Notes: generated by a model from the letters alone, not told the origin. A stretch of DNA of 63,665 nucleotides, filler included, from Octopus bimaculoides (GCF_001194135.2; 4 parts of 4 records of this genome joined end to end with filler, not necessarily neighbours in it); one strand, 5' to 3'. Shown: positions 15,004 through 29,524, counted from the first letter of the whole stretch. Numbers and translations: made by a program.

Positions 15004-16237
15004 AATCATAATGGAATCAGTTGAATTACATATTGGAATGAATGTTAGACATTAGGCAATAGCATAATAGCTTCTCTTAAACCAAGTACTTTCATTTTGC
15101 CGGAGAAAGAAAGATACAGTTTCGATTTTCTATATATAGAAAAAATATAATAGCTTCCCCTGAACCATTTAGTTTCATTTTAGTGGACAAACAAACAAAT
15201 GGACAGAACATCTATTTTATATATATATAGATTATAGAAAGATAATAATACATTCATGAAAGATAATAATGCATTCATGTACGAAGTAGATCACATTGTT
15301 ATTAGAGGATATGATAAAAAATTTCGCAAACGGAAAAGTTCTCGCTTCCAGTTGACTCAATTATTCACATATTTTCTGCTGAAATTATATATTATCAGTG
15401 CAAAGTAAATAATATATCTTAGTTTACGTCACATGTTCAATATGGACGGCAGATAAACTCTCCACAACACTGCTTCTACTCGCATGTAGATTCTCTATTT
15501 TCCATGACGATTCTGCAAAATTTCATATTACATGCGTAGCCTTTCTGACATAAATAATTTAAAGAACATATTCGTAGGAAATAAGCTTAAATTAATAGCT
15601 AATTCCCCTGTGTAATGCGTTTTCAATTCAACAGAGCTTGTTCTGGTTTCCGTATAATCATATAATGAAAAACATAGGTTCGTATCAGGAACTATTATTT
15701 TCATACAACTTGCCACATTCTACATTGAATATTGATATAACTACGCTATGCACTCGCATGATCGTTAGTCACTATAACCGGAATTGATAGTGTTTTCTCT
15801 CCATCTTGAATGTCATTATCATATTTCTAACCAAGGATTTCTTTGTAAAAATGATTGAATTTATAGTATCAATTTTTCGATACTTAAGTCTGTGGAGCTT
15901 ATATGTATGTGTGTATGTATGTATGTATGTATATATGTATGTATGTATGTATGTATTTATGTATGTATGTATGTATATATGTATGCATTTATGTATCTAT
16001 GTATGTCGCATGTATGTGTATGTATGTATGGTTGTATGTATGCGCATATATGTTTGTGAGACTCTGTATGTGGGTGTGTGCGTGTATGTGTACATATTTA
16101 GACATAAAAGCGTAATTGGGAGAGAAGGGACATTCATACGGGATTGCATGCATGTATATATTTCATTCCTCACCTTCTCTCACTCACTGTCACTCATATT
16201 TATATCTATATATATATATATATATATTCTTGTATAC

Positions 16238-16440
16238 TTTTACTTGTTGCGGTCATTTGACTACGGCCATGCTGGAGCACCGCCTTTAGTCGAACAATTC
16301 GACCCCAGGACTTATTCTTTATAATCCTAGTAATTATTGTGTCGGTCTCTTTGGCAGAACCGCTGGGCTACGGGGTCGTAAACACACCAACATCGGTTAT
16401 CACGCGATGGTTGGGGGACAAACAGACACATAAATACACT
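16238..16440 (-). mobile_element. SINE family B, 3' portion
   Basis: Near-identical to 37390-37570 (catttgactgcggccatgctggagcaccgcctttagtcga...). Confidence 0.85.
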
Positions 16441-16467
16441 CGGACAAACAAACACACACACACGCAT

Positions 16468-16504
<37 letters not shown>

Positions 16505-17091
16505 ACAATGAAGAAATAGTGATATAGATATCCACTTTATACAGCCCAACCAATTAGCGCTCTGATAGAGCTTCAGGAATAAAAAATTAAGAAGGAGAAA
16601 AAACACATTTAAAGGTTGATGTATATATTCATTCAATCCTTATTAACGAAATTCTCCATGTTATTCAATATACATACATAGATGCATCCATCTAAGAAGA
16701 AAACTAGTAGAATTTCTGAACGACTCTTGAGATGCCTACACGCATATAAATGTACTTTCGCACAATGCAGTAAAAGTTTATTTTGAGTAACCGTTAGCAT
16801 AACTTAAGTTACTTTAATGTATGCATGACTTTAGTTTACTTTCAATCTTTCCATTCTTTTAAACACCAAGTTGATAAATAACTCGCTTTGTTATCATGAG
16901 TGCACCAAACCTCTCTCGTGCATATGTTCACACTTTTGCGGATGCTTGTATGAGCGAGTGTACTCGCGCATTGCAGCTTGCGCGAGTTCGTTTATACATT
17001 CATGCCTGTTAACGGTTATTTTTAATGCTTTCCTCGCTGGGTCGCGTATTCGTTTATCTTTTTGTCATCTGTGATTTTATTTTTGATCTTC

Positions 17092-17149
17092 TATATAAAT
17101 GAAGAAAGTTCCTCCGTCTGGTTGCTTTTCTCTCAACAAAATGGTAAGT
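17092..17149 (+). promoter_or_regulatory. Candidate TATA box plus ATG-only first coding exon with GTAAGT donor
   Basis: TATATAAA at 17092-17099; caacaaaATG at 17141-17143 directly followed by the consensus donor GTAAGT. No partner exon identified. Confidence 0.3.
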
Positions 17150-20100
17150 TACATTGCGGAACAGTCATTTTAACGAGCTGTATTAAATATTACCCGACGG
17201 AATACATCTGCACCACCGGATGCTCCTGAACCAGTTGCTGAGTGTCCCGCCCAAGAAGAAACGATGCTAGAGTTATCGAGACAATTGTGATTAATAATAG
17301 ATTCTTGTATATTCCATCTTCTGTCTTTCATTTNNNNNNNNNNNNNNNNNNNNNNNNNNNNNNNNNNNNNNNNNNNNNNNNNNNNNNNNNNNNNNNNNNN
17401 NNNNNNNNNNNNNNNNNNNNNNNNNNNNNNNNNNNNNNNNNNNNNNNNNNNNNNNNNNNNNNNNNNNNNNNNNNNNNNNNNNNNNNNNNNNNNNNNNNNN
17501 NNNNNNNNNNNNNNNNNNNNNNNNNNNNNNNNNNNNNNNNNNNNNNNNNNNNNNNNNNNNNNNNNNNNNNNNNNNNNNNNNNNNNNNNNNNNNNNNNNNN
17601 NNNNNNNNNNNNNNNNNNNNNNNNNNNNNNNNNNNNNNNNNNNNNNTATATATATATATGATTTTAATCTTATTAAACAAAAATGCATACAATTTGCCTA
17701 CACGTGTGACATGCTAATTAACGTGTATTTATGTCGTCCGTTGACTTGCTAAAAATACCAGACATTTTGTCATCTTTTTTTTTTTTTTTTTTTACCCGAG
17801 GTAAAAATTTGGGAAAGTAAAGAACATATTTGATTAAGCAGTACTACATACTCCTTATAGAATTCTGTTGTACTGTTTTAATATCCTTTCCGATATATTG
17901 TTGCTCAATCAGGAGAAACGTAGAACTAAGAAAGAGACGTTATTGAACGGCAACTCGCTTCAATAATACGAGAATTATAATGGATATTTAGGTTATGGTT
18001 CGTATACAAATTATAACACAAGCATTTAGGTGTAATAATCTTATATTTCAATTCTCGATTTCCTTTCATAATTAACAAAATGAACAGGTTGCTTTATGAT
18101 TTCCATTATTTCATTGCTTAGAAATCGATCGGAAATTAAGAAATGTCTTAGGGAGTTCTCCGAAGTAATATGCTCGTAAATAGTAAGATCTTTTCAAATA
18201 TAGATCCTCGGAGATAATTACATGCACGGAACAAATATGTATGTACAGTGGAATATATGCATGTGCGTGTGCATAAGTGTGTATGTGTGTGTGTGTGTGT
18301 GTGTGTGTACCCGTGTGTCTGCGTAGGTATGTATGTATATACATGTATGTGGAGTGTATGGATATATTATAATTACGAGTGTGTACGTGAGCAAGTGTGC
18401 ACACCCACACTCCATATATATTATTTAAATATAGTTTTATCGAGACCACCGTAATTTTCTTTTGCTCTATATATGACATTCTGTTAAGGTTAGGTTTTAA
18501 AGGAGAAAAGTGTCAACGTAGATAATAGACCAGAACTGACAAAATGGTTCCACATCTCTATTATGCAAATGTTAAGGAAGCAATTTTACGCGTAAAATAG
18601 GATGTCATATGCAAGATATAGGCTTACTTTCCGTGTAATTATATTGCAATTTTATTCTTTCAACATTTCACTCAGCCAAAATTATCAAATTAGAGTTACA
18701 CGGGATTGAGTCAATGATTTTCTATTAGTTGTACCAGGTTTCTCAGGCACAATACTGCAAATAAATATCGGCCATGCAAAGATTTGAATTTCGAATTGCC
18801 GAAAAGAACTCTCAACTTTTAATGATGAAATAGTTACCAATTCTCCGAATACTTAATTAATATATGTCTGCAAAATTTAGTTACCTATGATTGCTGCTTT
18901 CGATAATAAAAAAAAAATCCAATCTCTATCGATATTATCTGCTTTCTTTTTCTTCTGCATTTGCCAAAATATAACAGTTCAGCATAATACGTGTTTTTGT
19001 AAATAGTAGTGAAGTCTGTCAAACTTAGATACTAGAACGCATCTCAGAATTGTATAGTTGCTTATTGTAGGCATTGGCAGCACTATAAATTTGGCACTAT
19101 GTTGAAATTCATGAGCGAATAGAACGCTGATGTTTTGTAGAAATGCTTTGAGTAGAAGAATATTATCCAAAGGGAATGTTTTCATTTTTTTGTGTTTGAT
19201 GCATAAATACTTAATGACATCATTAAGTATATTTTAAATTATATTGTCAAATACAGCTACATTCTTCCTTTAAGCAATAACAATGATACCGTCTACCACT
19301 TCATATAGTAGTATCTGTGGCAGTTATGATAAAATAGATTATTGAAAGACATTATAGATGTTACTTGCTGATTAATATTTATATTGTTACAAGATATTTT
19401 TATATTGTATTTTTTGAGAATAAGTGCAGTTTTTAAATATAGCACAGTGCTTCCATTCGTTTTAAACAGCGTAGTGTTTGGTACAGAAAACTTGTGTTGG
19501 TATCGCTATATTTAACTGCGTAGTTTATATAAAATACGAGCTTTTCATAAAGTATGTGTTGCACTACTTCAGAAAGCTTAAAGCATCTAATTTATTCAAG
19601 GCAGACAGAAGATTGTTTATACTAGATATTTCCAATCTATTTATCTCCATAAATGTCGGGTCGCCTTTGGAAGACAATAAAATACTGAAATAAATTCCTA
19701 AATACTTGAATGAAAACTGACAACTTTACTTGCAGTTCACGCTGTAAACCCACTGTCCGTCATTTCAAATTATATTCCATTTTATGCAAACAAAATGAAA
19801 TGTAAAACATCATTAAAAAACTTCTGTGTTTCTTTCGATAAAGAACTTGTTATAATTGTAATTGCTGATACTTTTCCAGGTCAACAAGTGATAAATACCG
19901 ATAAACGTAAGGCAAACTACGATAAACAAATATTCTTTTTGAAACTATCTTATCTTTTTTTTTTTAGACAGTGTCTCTTTATTTATATAATTGCAGTGTG
20001 AGATTCGAGGACTAATTAGTTGCTATATCTAGTTCATCATGTGACCATGTATATGTTACCTCATTAGTTCAAATGAGATTTAAATATGTATCGCATTGTA

Positions 20101-23100
20101 TGAGATATAATAAATAGTTTTAGCCAGTATCTGTACTTTATATTTGACGAGATGATATCATTACCACAGCAAAATAAGATTCGTTTAAAAAGCAAGATTC
20201 CTATCTTAGTAGTTAATTATTTCCTTTCTATTTACCCAGGGACTAGAGGATTATAAATGGATGAATTTTAACTTTGTTATGTGTAAGAGATTTTTCCATC
20301 TTAGTTTTTGCGAACAAAATAAAGTATATGTAATTTCTTAAAAACGAAATTAAAAAAAGGTCTTCGTGATTTCACCCATTAACGATAGCAAATCTATGGA
20401 ATCTATTCAAATTAACATCTCTCTGCTTTTCTTCACAAGTGTTATATAGAGCAGCATAAATGCTTTGCTTTAAGTATTGCATACTGCTCTTTAGACAGGA
20501 AACAATCTAAACACTCCAGCCCATTATGCATCTATCCGATACACACTAGTTTTCCTAATTTCATATTAAACCTGGAGACATTTAAATATCTTTACATATG
20601 TCATGCTAACGCAATATCTCAAACAATTATAATGAACCTCATGTCTTTCCTTGTTGATAACGCTACATAATAAACGACCCACACGATTATAACATAAACA
20701 TATCTTTACCACATTTGAAATTCAAGTTGAGAGAATATTCATTTTCAATATGTGATTTAATTTTGCTCCAGCAATAAAGTGTCTTCTATATTTTACAGTG
20801 AACTTCAAAATGTGTTCCCAAATATCCAACTGTTAGGTGTGATTTCAGTCTGACTCAACAAAAAAACAATCACAATAAATCTTCTTTGCTTTTATTACTA
20901 AAAACACATCTTTAAATTAATAAATCAGATAAGTATTTATACCACATGTCTGGAACTGAGCAGTAAAATGATTTTTTTTTCTTTTAGCTTTAAGTTGTAC
21001 AAAATCGATGAAAGCTAATATATTTTGTTAAAGAGAACGCATTATTATATTATGACAAACATATTTTTTCTCGTAGACAAAATCCGAATAAATTTCTTCT
21101 ATTTAGTTAAATATTTCAAGTAACTGAAAAATATTTTTTTTTTGAAAACGGAAGCCATTTTTCATCGTGTCTAGAAATGCGAGATTGATATCTTCTGGCT
21201 AGACTTCAAGAAACAGCACATTATAGTGCTTATCCATTCATCTATGTGGTCATTTATATCACATTACATCTTATGTAGAGAGGTCATGACTCGCACTTGG
21301 AAGAACTTATTTCAAACGTTCTTTCTATGTAGGATATTTTTAACTTATAAGGGTGCCAAATTATCGTAGAAAGTACATAGCTAAACGACAAACTTCTAAA
21401 TTCTGTTATAATTCAGGACTTATTTCAAATTCCACAGAATATAATATTCATTTTATTTCGTCTTATTCAAATATGAATTGAACAATCTAACTGAATATAG
21501 AACTAAATTTAAATAGCATCTTAGAGAGAATATAATTCATAATTGTACCTTCTCTAAATCTTTACTTGTCTGCTTTGCATAGTCATTGTCAATGACGTTT
21601 ATGCACAGGAAATTCTTTCAATGCTGTTCGTACAAATTTGTATACGCTTTCATGTTCATTCTAATGATTTTTATTCCTACCAATGTGACCATTGAGTCAA
21701 TAGAAGACACATTAATATATATCCATAAATTTTAACAGCTACAAAAGTTTCAAACTGAATGATCAAGCACAGTTTTCATTTGAATTATTTAAGGGAAAGT
21801 TTGCAGGACTTTCTAAGCAATCTTCAGTCGTTTTGAAAAAGTTATAAGCCTGGTTGACTGGTTTGTTTAAATAATTTGACACAAACTTGTAATAAATGTT
21901 GTTCCGTACTTAATATCGGGATCTACAAAATAAAGTTTATTTAAACGCGATATTATTTTCTGACTACCATATATAACGCCGCTAATCTTCATTTTCGCGT
22001 TCCTAAAATATCGTGTTGTGTTAAAAAACAAGGCTTCAAATCATTTTCTGTTATCATGTCCAATATTCATTGATATAAATACGTTAAAGTTAAAACTTTC
22101 TGAAGTCAAAATTTAAAAGTTTGAAAATTTAATTGAACAAGATTGTTGATGTTATGTGCGGATGCTTCTATATTGAGATATCATAGGATATATTGTATTG
22201 TATAACAAAGGAGGACTCCAACAGTTTCATTTTGTCATCTCAGATTGCTGAAATATTAAATATTCAGAAAGTTAGTATATATTAAAGTTTGCATATTCTT
22301 TAAATTTAGGAAAGTTGAGATAACATTTTAAATACGTCATGCATCTATAGAAAATACCTTTGACTATAAAAAGAGAATTAGTATACTTACATGAAATTAT
22401 TACATGACGACCACGAGTGATTTCTGCCAGAACAGAATAGAACAGACAAAAAAGATGAAAGAGCTAGAGAGAAAATTTTATTCCAGCAGTTTATTTATTG
22501 ACCTTGAAAGGATGAGAAGTGAAATTATTTTCAGCGGGATTTGAAATGAGTTGCTATGGTGTCAGAGTGATTACCGCGAGGCGGTGCACTTGATACAGCA
22601 ATGAATCTACCCGCTGGCCTTCCTTTGCATCTTAATAGAAGCATCAAACAATTCATCGAAAATTTAAATTGAAAATATTTTACTACACACATTGTTGGAA
22701 GATTTTGATTTGAAATAAAAAGTAATTTAGTCCCACTACCCATAATTCTATGGCTACTGTTTTGTGGATTGTTCGTAAAGCTGCACAATTTGAAGTTTGT
22801 AAATTTTTACATAACCTGCTACTATTCTTTTGTTATTGGTCTATTGTACGCGGACGATATGCTTTATTCTATAAAACATTCTTTGGGTCGGTTTATTCTC
22901 AAATAGATATGGACTGTAATATACGAACCTCTCTTTTAGTAGATAATTTAGAGCATCCATACTGTGATTGAGAATTCACGAGTGAAAAACCGTTTCCTTT
23001 AATAACTTCCACAATGGTGGAATACAGCCACCATGTCTTATCTTATATAGAAACGTAATGATGAGGCAAGTTCAAGACAATTCTAAAACTCTTACATAAC

Positions 23101-24436
23101 AGTAAATGTTATTTCAATACCGAAAGTATAAATTGAAAGAGGGGAAAATATATTTATTGAGGAAAAGTATAAGACAAAACATGTGAGTGTAAGATAGCAT
23201 TCTATCATCCAGTTTCAAGTTAATTCTTTACCTTACTTAAAGAAATCCTGCTTTAGTAAAGAAATTAGTTAAAAAACAATACGATGAATGCTTCTTTTAT
23301 CATTTGGGGAACTTGGTTGTCGGTCGTAGGTAATGAGGAAGAAGGATGAAAGTGATGACTTCAATATGTTAGACACATGGAAATTAAAGAGTGATTTATT
23401 GTTGTTAAGAAGATGGAAGCAATGAAACAAGAAACTGAAAAACTGGTTGAAAAACAGAGCAATTTCGATTACGGACACACGTACACATAACTAAAAAGAT
23501 ATATTGTCAGTAAATAGGGACTTGTGTTCCAGAAGGTATGGATTGTGGAGAGAGGATCTGTACCGAGAAAAGATGCTTAACAATGAGTTAATTATATTCT
23601 CTTGACTATTGCATTCATTAGACTGGAGCAATCTAGAAAAAAGCATAAATACCCCGAGTAAAAAGAGAAAATCATTCCCAACATACGCAACACACATATC
23701 GTCACACACATACAAATCCTTGCACGCAATCACTGTTTATCTTTAGGTCTGTGGTTGTCCTGGTTACTTAACTGCTAATCTTCCGTTCTGTCTCATTAGT
23801 ACAATTGATACAGATATCTATATTTTCATATCAACTTACTCTAATATGTATCTAAGTACCTATTATAAGTATATAAGGTACGTATGCGAATGTTTTTGAT
23901 CTTGTACGCTTATATATGTATTAAATACGAGCAAATAATGTGTATCTATATAACAATCTATTTTTGGTTCTTGGTATGAGAGTTTTAGCTCTGTATAACA
24001 ATGTTTGTATGAGAAACATTGATATGTATGAGGGGGCGCGTGTGTATGTATTGTGTGAATGTGTGTTTATGCGTGTGTGTGCGTGTGTGTGTGTGTGACA
24101 TGAAATAATAAATACGTACACTACTTCTGTCACGTTTGTCAAGAGGCATTTATTGTAAAGATATGAATATTCAGAATTCCTGGATATGTATTTATGTTGT
24201 ATGTATACGTATAAATTTTGAACGTATTCATGACAATCTAATCAATATAAATCATCAATAGGATTTTCGATGAAATTTAGATATATATCTAAGAATTGCT
24301 ATCAACAATTGCTTCATATTCTCCACGCATTCTCTTTTTTACATGTATGTACGCATGTATGTCCATGTGCGTGTGTGTATTTACATTATTTATATAATTG
24401 TCTTCCTGCTTATCTCTATATTGATTCATTTCCGTG

Positions 24437-24507
<71 letters not shown>

Positions 24508-24539
24508 GTTGGTAGATTCATAGATAGATAGACAGACAC

Positions 24540-25179
24540 TTTCGGGCCGAATAGTGACCGGTGACGAGAAACGGATTCTCTATAAAAATGTGAAGCGACG
24601 AAGACTTGGCATCCCGGGCTAAAGAAGATCACCACCTATGTCACGTGTTGTTATCTGTTTGGTGGTATATGAACTTTTAAACTTTTAAACCTAAACAAAA
24701 TGATATTAAAGATCTACTGCGAGGAGCTTGAGCAGCGAAAGTCAGTGCTAGAAGTTGAACGACCATCTTTGATTTCAAGACAAAATGTATTCTTCCATCA
24801 GAATAATGCCCAGCCACATACAGCGAGGATGACATCCCAAAGGCTGGAGCAATTTGAATTGGAAACGATACTCCACCCACCAAATTCACCGAACATTGCC
24901 CCATCTGATTATCATTTATTCCGCATTCTTCAAAATTATTCCGATGGAAAGAATATGAATTTTGTAGACGAGGTCAGAACGGTACTGGAGGAGTATTTTT
25001 TTCACAGAAAAGTGAATTTCAGACAAGTGGCCTTGCAGGTCTACCAGATATTTGGAAGAGCTTGGAAGAAAATGAAGGGGAGCATATTTTAGATTAAAAA
25101 AGAACTTTGTTTATCTTAATTTTGAAGAAAAAAACAAAACAAGTAATAAAAACCGCATTATTTATGGGATAACCCAATA
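24540..25179 (+). mobile_element. mariner transposase 3' remnant with right TIR
   Basis: RIVTGDEKRILYKN (first D), VLLSVWW, FHQNNAQPH, PNSPNIAPSDYHLF. The 3' TIR aaaaccgcattatttatgggataacccaata runs into a TA tract. Confidence 0.92.
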
Positions 25180-25337
25180 TATATATATATAGCACTGTAG
25201 GTGTTCAAACACCCTCAGTCGTATTTAATGACAATTATAATTTTCCTTTTTGATAACACATTGCAAATCGTTGCCTACAGTAATTATCATTTATATTTAA
25301 ATATATATATATATATATATGCACACAGATATACATA

Positions 25338-26183
25338 CACGGTGCAATAAGTTAATTGTTGCCATGCTATATTCTTAATTTTGCGCATGTGCATTGTTTG
25401 TTTTCGATTTTGTCGATTACATAGTATAGTAGGTTCTGTTGTGTACCGTCTGTGAGAAAACCAGCACCATGACGCAATTTCCTGTGACAGATATTTGGAG
25501 ATGACATACTGTACTGCTTGTCATTCGCGCCGGAAGATCCAAGAAGAACATTTCAGTCTTTGAGTGTCAATCTGAGAATAGTACAATATAAGGGCATGTA
25601 CCGAGAGTGATAAAAATCAAACATCCAGTCAATATCATGGTGGTTGTAGTGATCACTAGTGATGGTGACATTATGCCTCTATTGATCCTCCCATATGGAG
25701 GTCTACATCAAGTGCCTGTAGGAGGTTGTACTGCCCTGGGTCCAGAGCGTAGCTGCTGGCTGACCCTATATCTAGAAAGAAGACTCTGTACCATGCTACA
25801 CAAACAGGAGAACCCAGTCATTATCAGCGACAACTCAGCCCAAACATCTGGCCACATAACTCCCGAGACTGCAATCCCCTTAATCATTATATGTGGGGCG
25901 CAGTTGAGCGAGAGACCAACAAAACTCCTAACACCAAAGATGTACTTAAGGCAAGGATTATGGCGGCATTCACCAACTTAACCTAGGAAACCATCCAGAA
26001 GATTTGCAGGAGATTCCGATGTCGTGTGCAGGCCGTGGTTGACGCCAATGGTGATTTTATTGAATGAATTTACTCTTTAGTATTTCAAGATATTTTTCTG
26101 CAATTTTGGTAAATATACCAGTTAAAATGTATGAAAATAATACTAATTTATGCGTAATTTAGACGACAGTCTATTGACCGCAC
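25338..26183 (+). mobile_element. Internally deleted Tc1/mariner of maT (DD37D-like) type
   Basis: KHPVNIMVVVVITSDGDIMP, then frameshifted remnants of the WQQDSAPCH...WPPNSPDCNPL...RETNKT...AVVDANGDFIE* pattern. Degenerate TIR-like ends at about 25338 and 26160-26183. Confidence 0.8.
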
Positions 26184-26227
26184 NNNNNNNNNNNNNNNNN
26201 NNNNNNNNNNNNNNNNNNNNNNNNNNN

Positions 26228-26239
26228 TTAATTAATTAA
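26228..26239. other. Assembly gap padding TTAATTAATTAA (also at 55086-55097 and 57510-57521)
   Basis: The identical 12-mer, with stops in all six frames, is centred in N runs with 44 N on each side (100 bp total) at all three sites. Confidence 0.9.
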
Positions 26240-26295
26240 NNNNNNNNNNNNNNNNNNNNNNNNNNNNNNNNNNNNNNNNNNNNATATATATATAG

Positions 26296-26612
26296 TTATT
26301 AATATTTCTAAGTCTCTGTAAAGGAGACTACGGCAGCGGTACTGGAAATTAATAGCTATCGCCAAGCCAACATGGCAGTCCCAAAATTAGGACGAAAGCT
26401 GCCATGAATTAGCTCCAAGAAGCCATCGCCTCTAGCTAGCTATGTGACACACGAAGCCTGTGTCCTTTATAACCTTCGAACAGGGGAGGTCAGCAGTGTC
26501 CCCCTGCTGGTTTGGCATCTGCAGACTAGTTTCAGGGTGTTGCCCCTTGTCAATGCAGAGCAGCCAAGCCCTAGCCAGGCGGCGCTGCTGACTAACTGTT
26601 CGAAGGTTATTT
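26296..26612 (+). repeat. Interspersed repeat with internal inverted repeat; second copy at 46950-47140 in the opposite orientation
   Basis: ATAACCTTCGAACAG (26469-26483) and CTGTTCGAAGGTTAT (26596-26610) are inverted. 26296-26455 is the reverse complement of about 46981-47140. Confidence 0.8.
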
Positions 26613-27289
26613 ATCTAATTTCAGTTATTTATCTAATTTTGATATATATATATATCAAAAGGATGTGTTATAACACTATTCCACATATACAAACCAGTCA
26701 TACCAACAATCCAACATACCGCCATCATCAGCTGCTCTACGGGTATCAGTATGTTTTCGACACTTGGATAGTACCATTCAATCCAGTGGTGTCAATAGCA
26801 CTAAAATAAGTGTTGTTTCGGAACAAACATACCAAAGAAACCACAACTTTCAAACACATTTACACTATGTACAACAGTATCGGAAAATAAATTCAATAAG
26901 TAAATAAATAACCAACTCCTAAATATACAACAAAGCACTGACTAAACTTGTAAGTCATATATCTTATTCCCTAGTCTTCCATAGTATAATAAAAGTGAAA
27001 GCTTAATAACCACATTCCTTCAATCTAAATGTAAGTAGGATTAAATACTAACTTTAAAATTAAACTACAACAAAGAAACACATAAATCAATGTACGTCTG
27101 TATCGGTATTAATAGTAAACCTACAATAACTAAATTATATACGAAACAGGAACCAATATTTAAGTCCATACAAATAATATTCCCACCAGCCTTCCATAGT
27201 TACTACTATAATAAAAAAAAAAAGTGAAAGCTTTATTTCAGTTCTCTCCAAAACAAAGCACGATTGAATTTCAAGTCTCTCAGCGATTA

Positions 27290-28020
27290 AAAGTTTTTAC
27301 CAGTTTACCATATCTATACCCTTCTTTTATTAAATGTCTTAACAGTCTATTTACTCTTTACACAAATTTATTATCATTATAGAATAATAGTGCTATATCC
27401 TAGAATCCGCCCTGCAAAAACACCATAACTAATAAAAGAAGGAATTCTACTACTGAACCATGGCATTGAAGTAACTTGGAAAACAAAATTTTCAATTTTA
27501 TAATAAATGTCAGTATATATTTCATTATTATCCTTAATTACTAAATTGACATTTAAATAATTAATATTCTTTATACTATTACCATTTCTGGTGGCTATAA
27601 TCTCACTAGGGTGTATTTTTCTTAGTAAAAATTCGAAGGCACCATAACTAGGTATAAACATATCATCTATGCATCTGCAGCATCCGTCAAGTAGTTTAAG
27701 AAAACCCATCTTTTTCCTCGCACATGGGTCTTTAAGAAAAAGGAACTTGCATGAAGAAAGAGGGTTAACAGAGGGCTACAATTGCCACCCATTGGAATTC
27801 CCCTAATTTCCTCAAACACCCTATCTGCAATCATTACAAACGAATTATTAATGATAAAATTAATCATTTCTTTCATTTTTCCTTTACTTATCTTAATATA
27901 TCCCTTATAACAACAATTAGACAACAAACCTTTACCATTTTTTAAAGATATACATTTATATCCTTTATTTAAAATAATATCTAGTATTCTAAAAATACCA
28001 TCTTCCACACATTTAAGATT
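27290..28020 (-). mobile_element. Penelope-like retroelement RT fragment (Naiad/Chlamys-type motifs), frameshifted
   Basis: FEEIRGIPMGGNCSPLL-(fs)-RCIDDMF...YLNVNL...DIYYKIENFVFQVTSMPWFSSRIPSFISYGVFAGRILGYS, then RVNRLLRHLIKEGYRYGKLVKTF. This matches the PLE RT palm and thumb pattern GIPMGxNCxPLLADLFL / YIDD / YDKRDDF..FP...SNIP...YGV. Confidence 0.8.
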
Positions 28021-28379
28021 TAAGTTTGTATATGATATGATATGATATATATATATATATATATATATANNNNNNNNNNNNNNNNNNNNNNNNNNNNNNN
28101 NNNNNNNNNNNNNNNNNNNNNNNNNNNNNNNNNNNNNNNNNNNNNNNNNNNNNNNNNNNNNNNNNNNNNNNNNNNNNNNNNNNNNNNNNNNNNNNNNNNN
28201 NNNNNNNNNNNNNNNNNNNNNNNNNNNNNNNNNNNNNNNNNNNNNNNNNNNNNNNNNNNNNNNNNNNNNNNNNNNNNNNNNNNNNNNNNNNNTAGTCCGC
28301 AGTTAGAAATCGTTTCAAACTGATAAGCGTAAAATGAATAATTACCATTTTCGTTAGCAGCTTATGATATGGTATCAAG

Positions 28380-29060
28380 AAACTTAGGTAATGAATAATT
28401 TTTTTTTAATACACTTTTGGCAGTAAGTAATAAATGAAAGTCCAGGAAATGGGATCGCAATTGCAATATGCATTAGAGATTTTATATCTTACTTAAACCG
28501 TTTTGTATCATGTACTTATTTTTCTCGTAATACCTGACACAGCTGCATTGAAGATTTTTTTTTTTTCAATGAAAGTCATGTATGATAAAGAAAAGCAAAC
28601 ATTTATAGCAAAAACACAAACAGAATGATGGTACGTACAAAAATAAATGCCAGAGCATGCTTATGAGCGAACAGTGTGTGTGAAGTTAGAAGGGTCATTG
28701 AAGATAATGTACTGTTAACAACAATCAGGGAAATGAAGCAAAATATCAATGAAATCATTTGTTTGACCACAAGGCGAGTTCCACTGCATGGTGTGGGTGC
28801 GTTTAGATTGCGTAGGAGGATGACAGAGCAACCGACTTTTAAGTGAAGTTCATGGGAAAGGAATCCTGGAAAATTTTAGGAATTAAAAAATTCTGTTGGA
28901 AAGTGTGTAATCTGATCGAGGTCGGTAACGGTATCAACTGATTTGTAACAACGTTCTTGAGAAGGTAGCTGACTCAGTAAGTTAAGAGTGTTGACAGATG
29001 CATTTGTAGGTAATTATTTATACCAATATCTAATTCCTGACGAAGAATCCAATTTTTATT
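28380..29060 (+). mobile_element. Possible old Tc1/mariner remnant
   Basis: Only vague similarity (a VWV/VWC-like segment); no clear catalytic motif. Confidence 0.2.
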
Positions 29061-29524
29061 TCAAGATGAGTTTTTCATTTTTATCTTTGGAATTAATTAA
29101 ACTCTGAAAGAATCTGTAGAATTTATGTTGGATCTGTACCAACCTGGATTATGATTTAAAGATCGTCTACACCTTCAATTTTTTTTTTTTCCATTCTCTA
29201 TACTCAATTTATTGTTTTTCCAAATACTGAATATATACTTTTTATATATATTCTTTACTTGGACCGTACCGGTGGACTTGAATGTTTGACATCCCTTTGA
29301 AGGGTTTCGGTCCTCACCTCTTTTATATATATTTGTATATATTTATGTGTGTNNNNNNNNNNNNNNNNNNNNNNNNNNNNNNNNNNNNNNNNNNNNNNNN
29401 NNNNNNNNNNNNNNNNNNNNNNNNNNNNNNNNNNNNNNNNNNNNNNNNNNNNNNNNNNNNNNNNNNNNNNNNNNNNNNNNNNNNNNNNNNNTGTGTGTGT
29501 GTGTGTGTGTGTGTGTTTGTGTGT

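Noticed and set aside
26184-26283. TTAATTAATTAA islands inside N runs (three sites) looking like a recurring motif or array
   Set aside because: Identical 44N-12mer-44N geometry and six-frame stops indicate scaffolding padding, not biology.
26370-26412. gtcccaaaattaggacgaaa, resembling the stem II + GAAA of schistosome-type hammerheads
   Set aside because: No CUGAnGA core upstream, and the second copy at 47 kb reads ggacgaat, so GAAA is not conserved.
26700-26830. CTGATGA and GAAA motifs on the minus strand downstream of the PLE RT
   Set aside because: Could not assemble stems I-III in any permutation.
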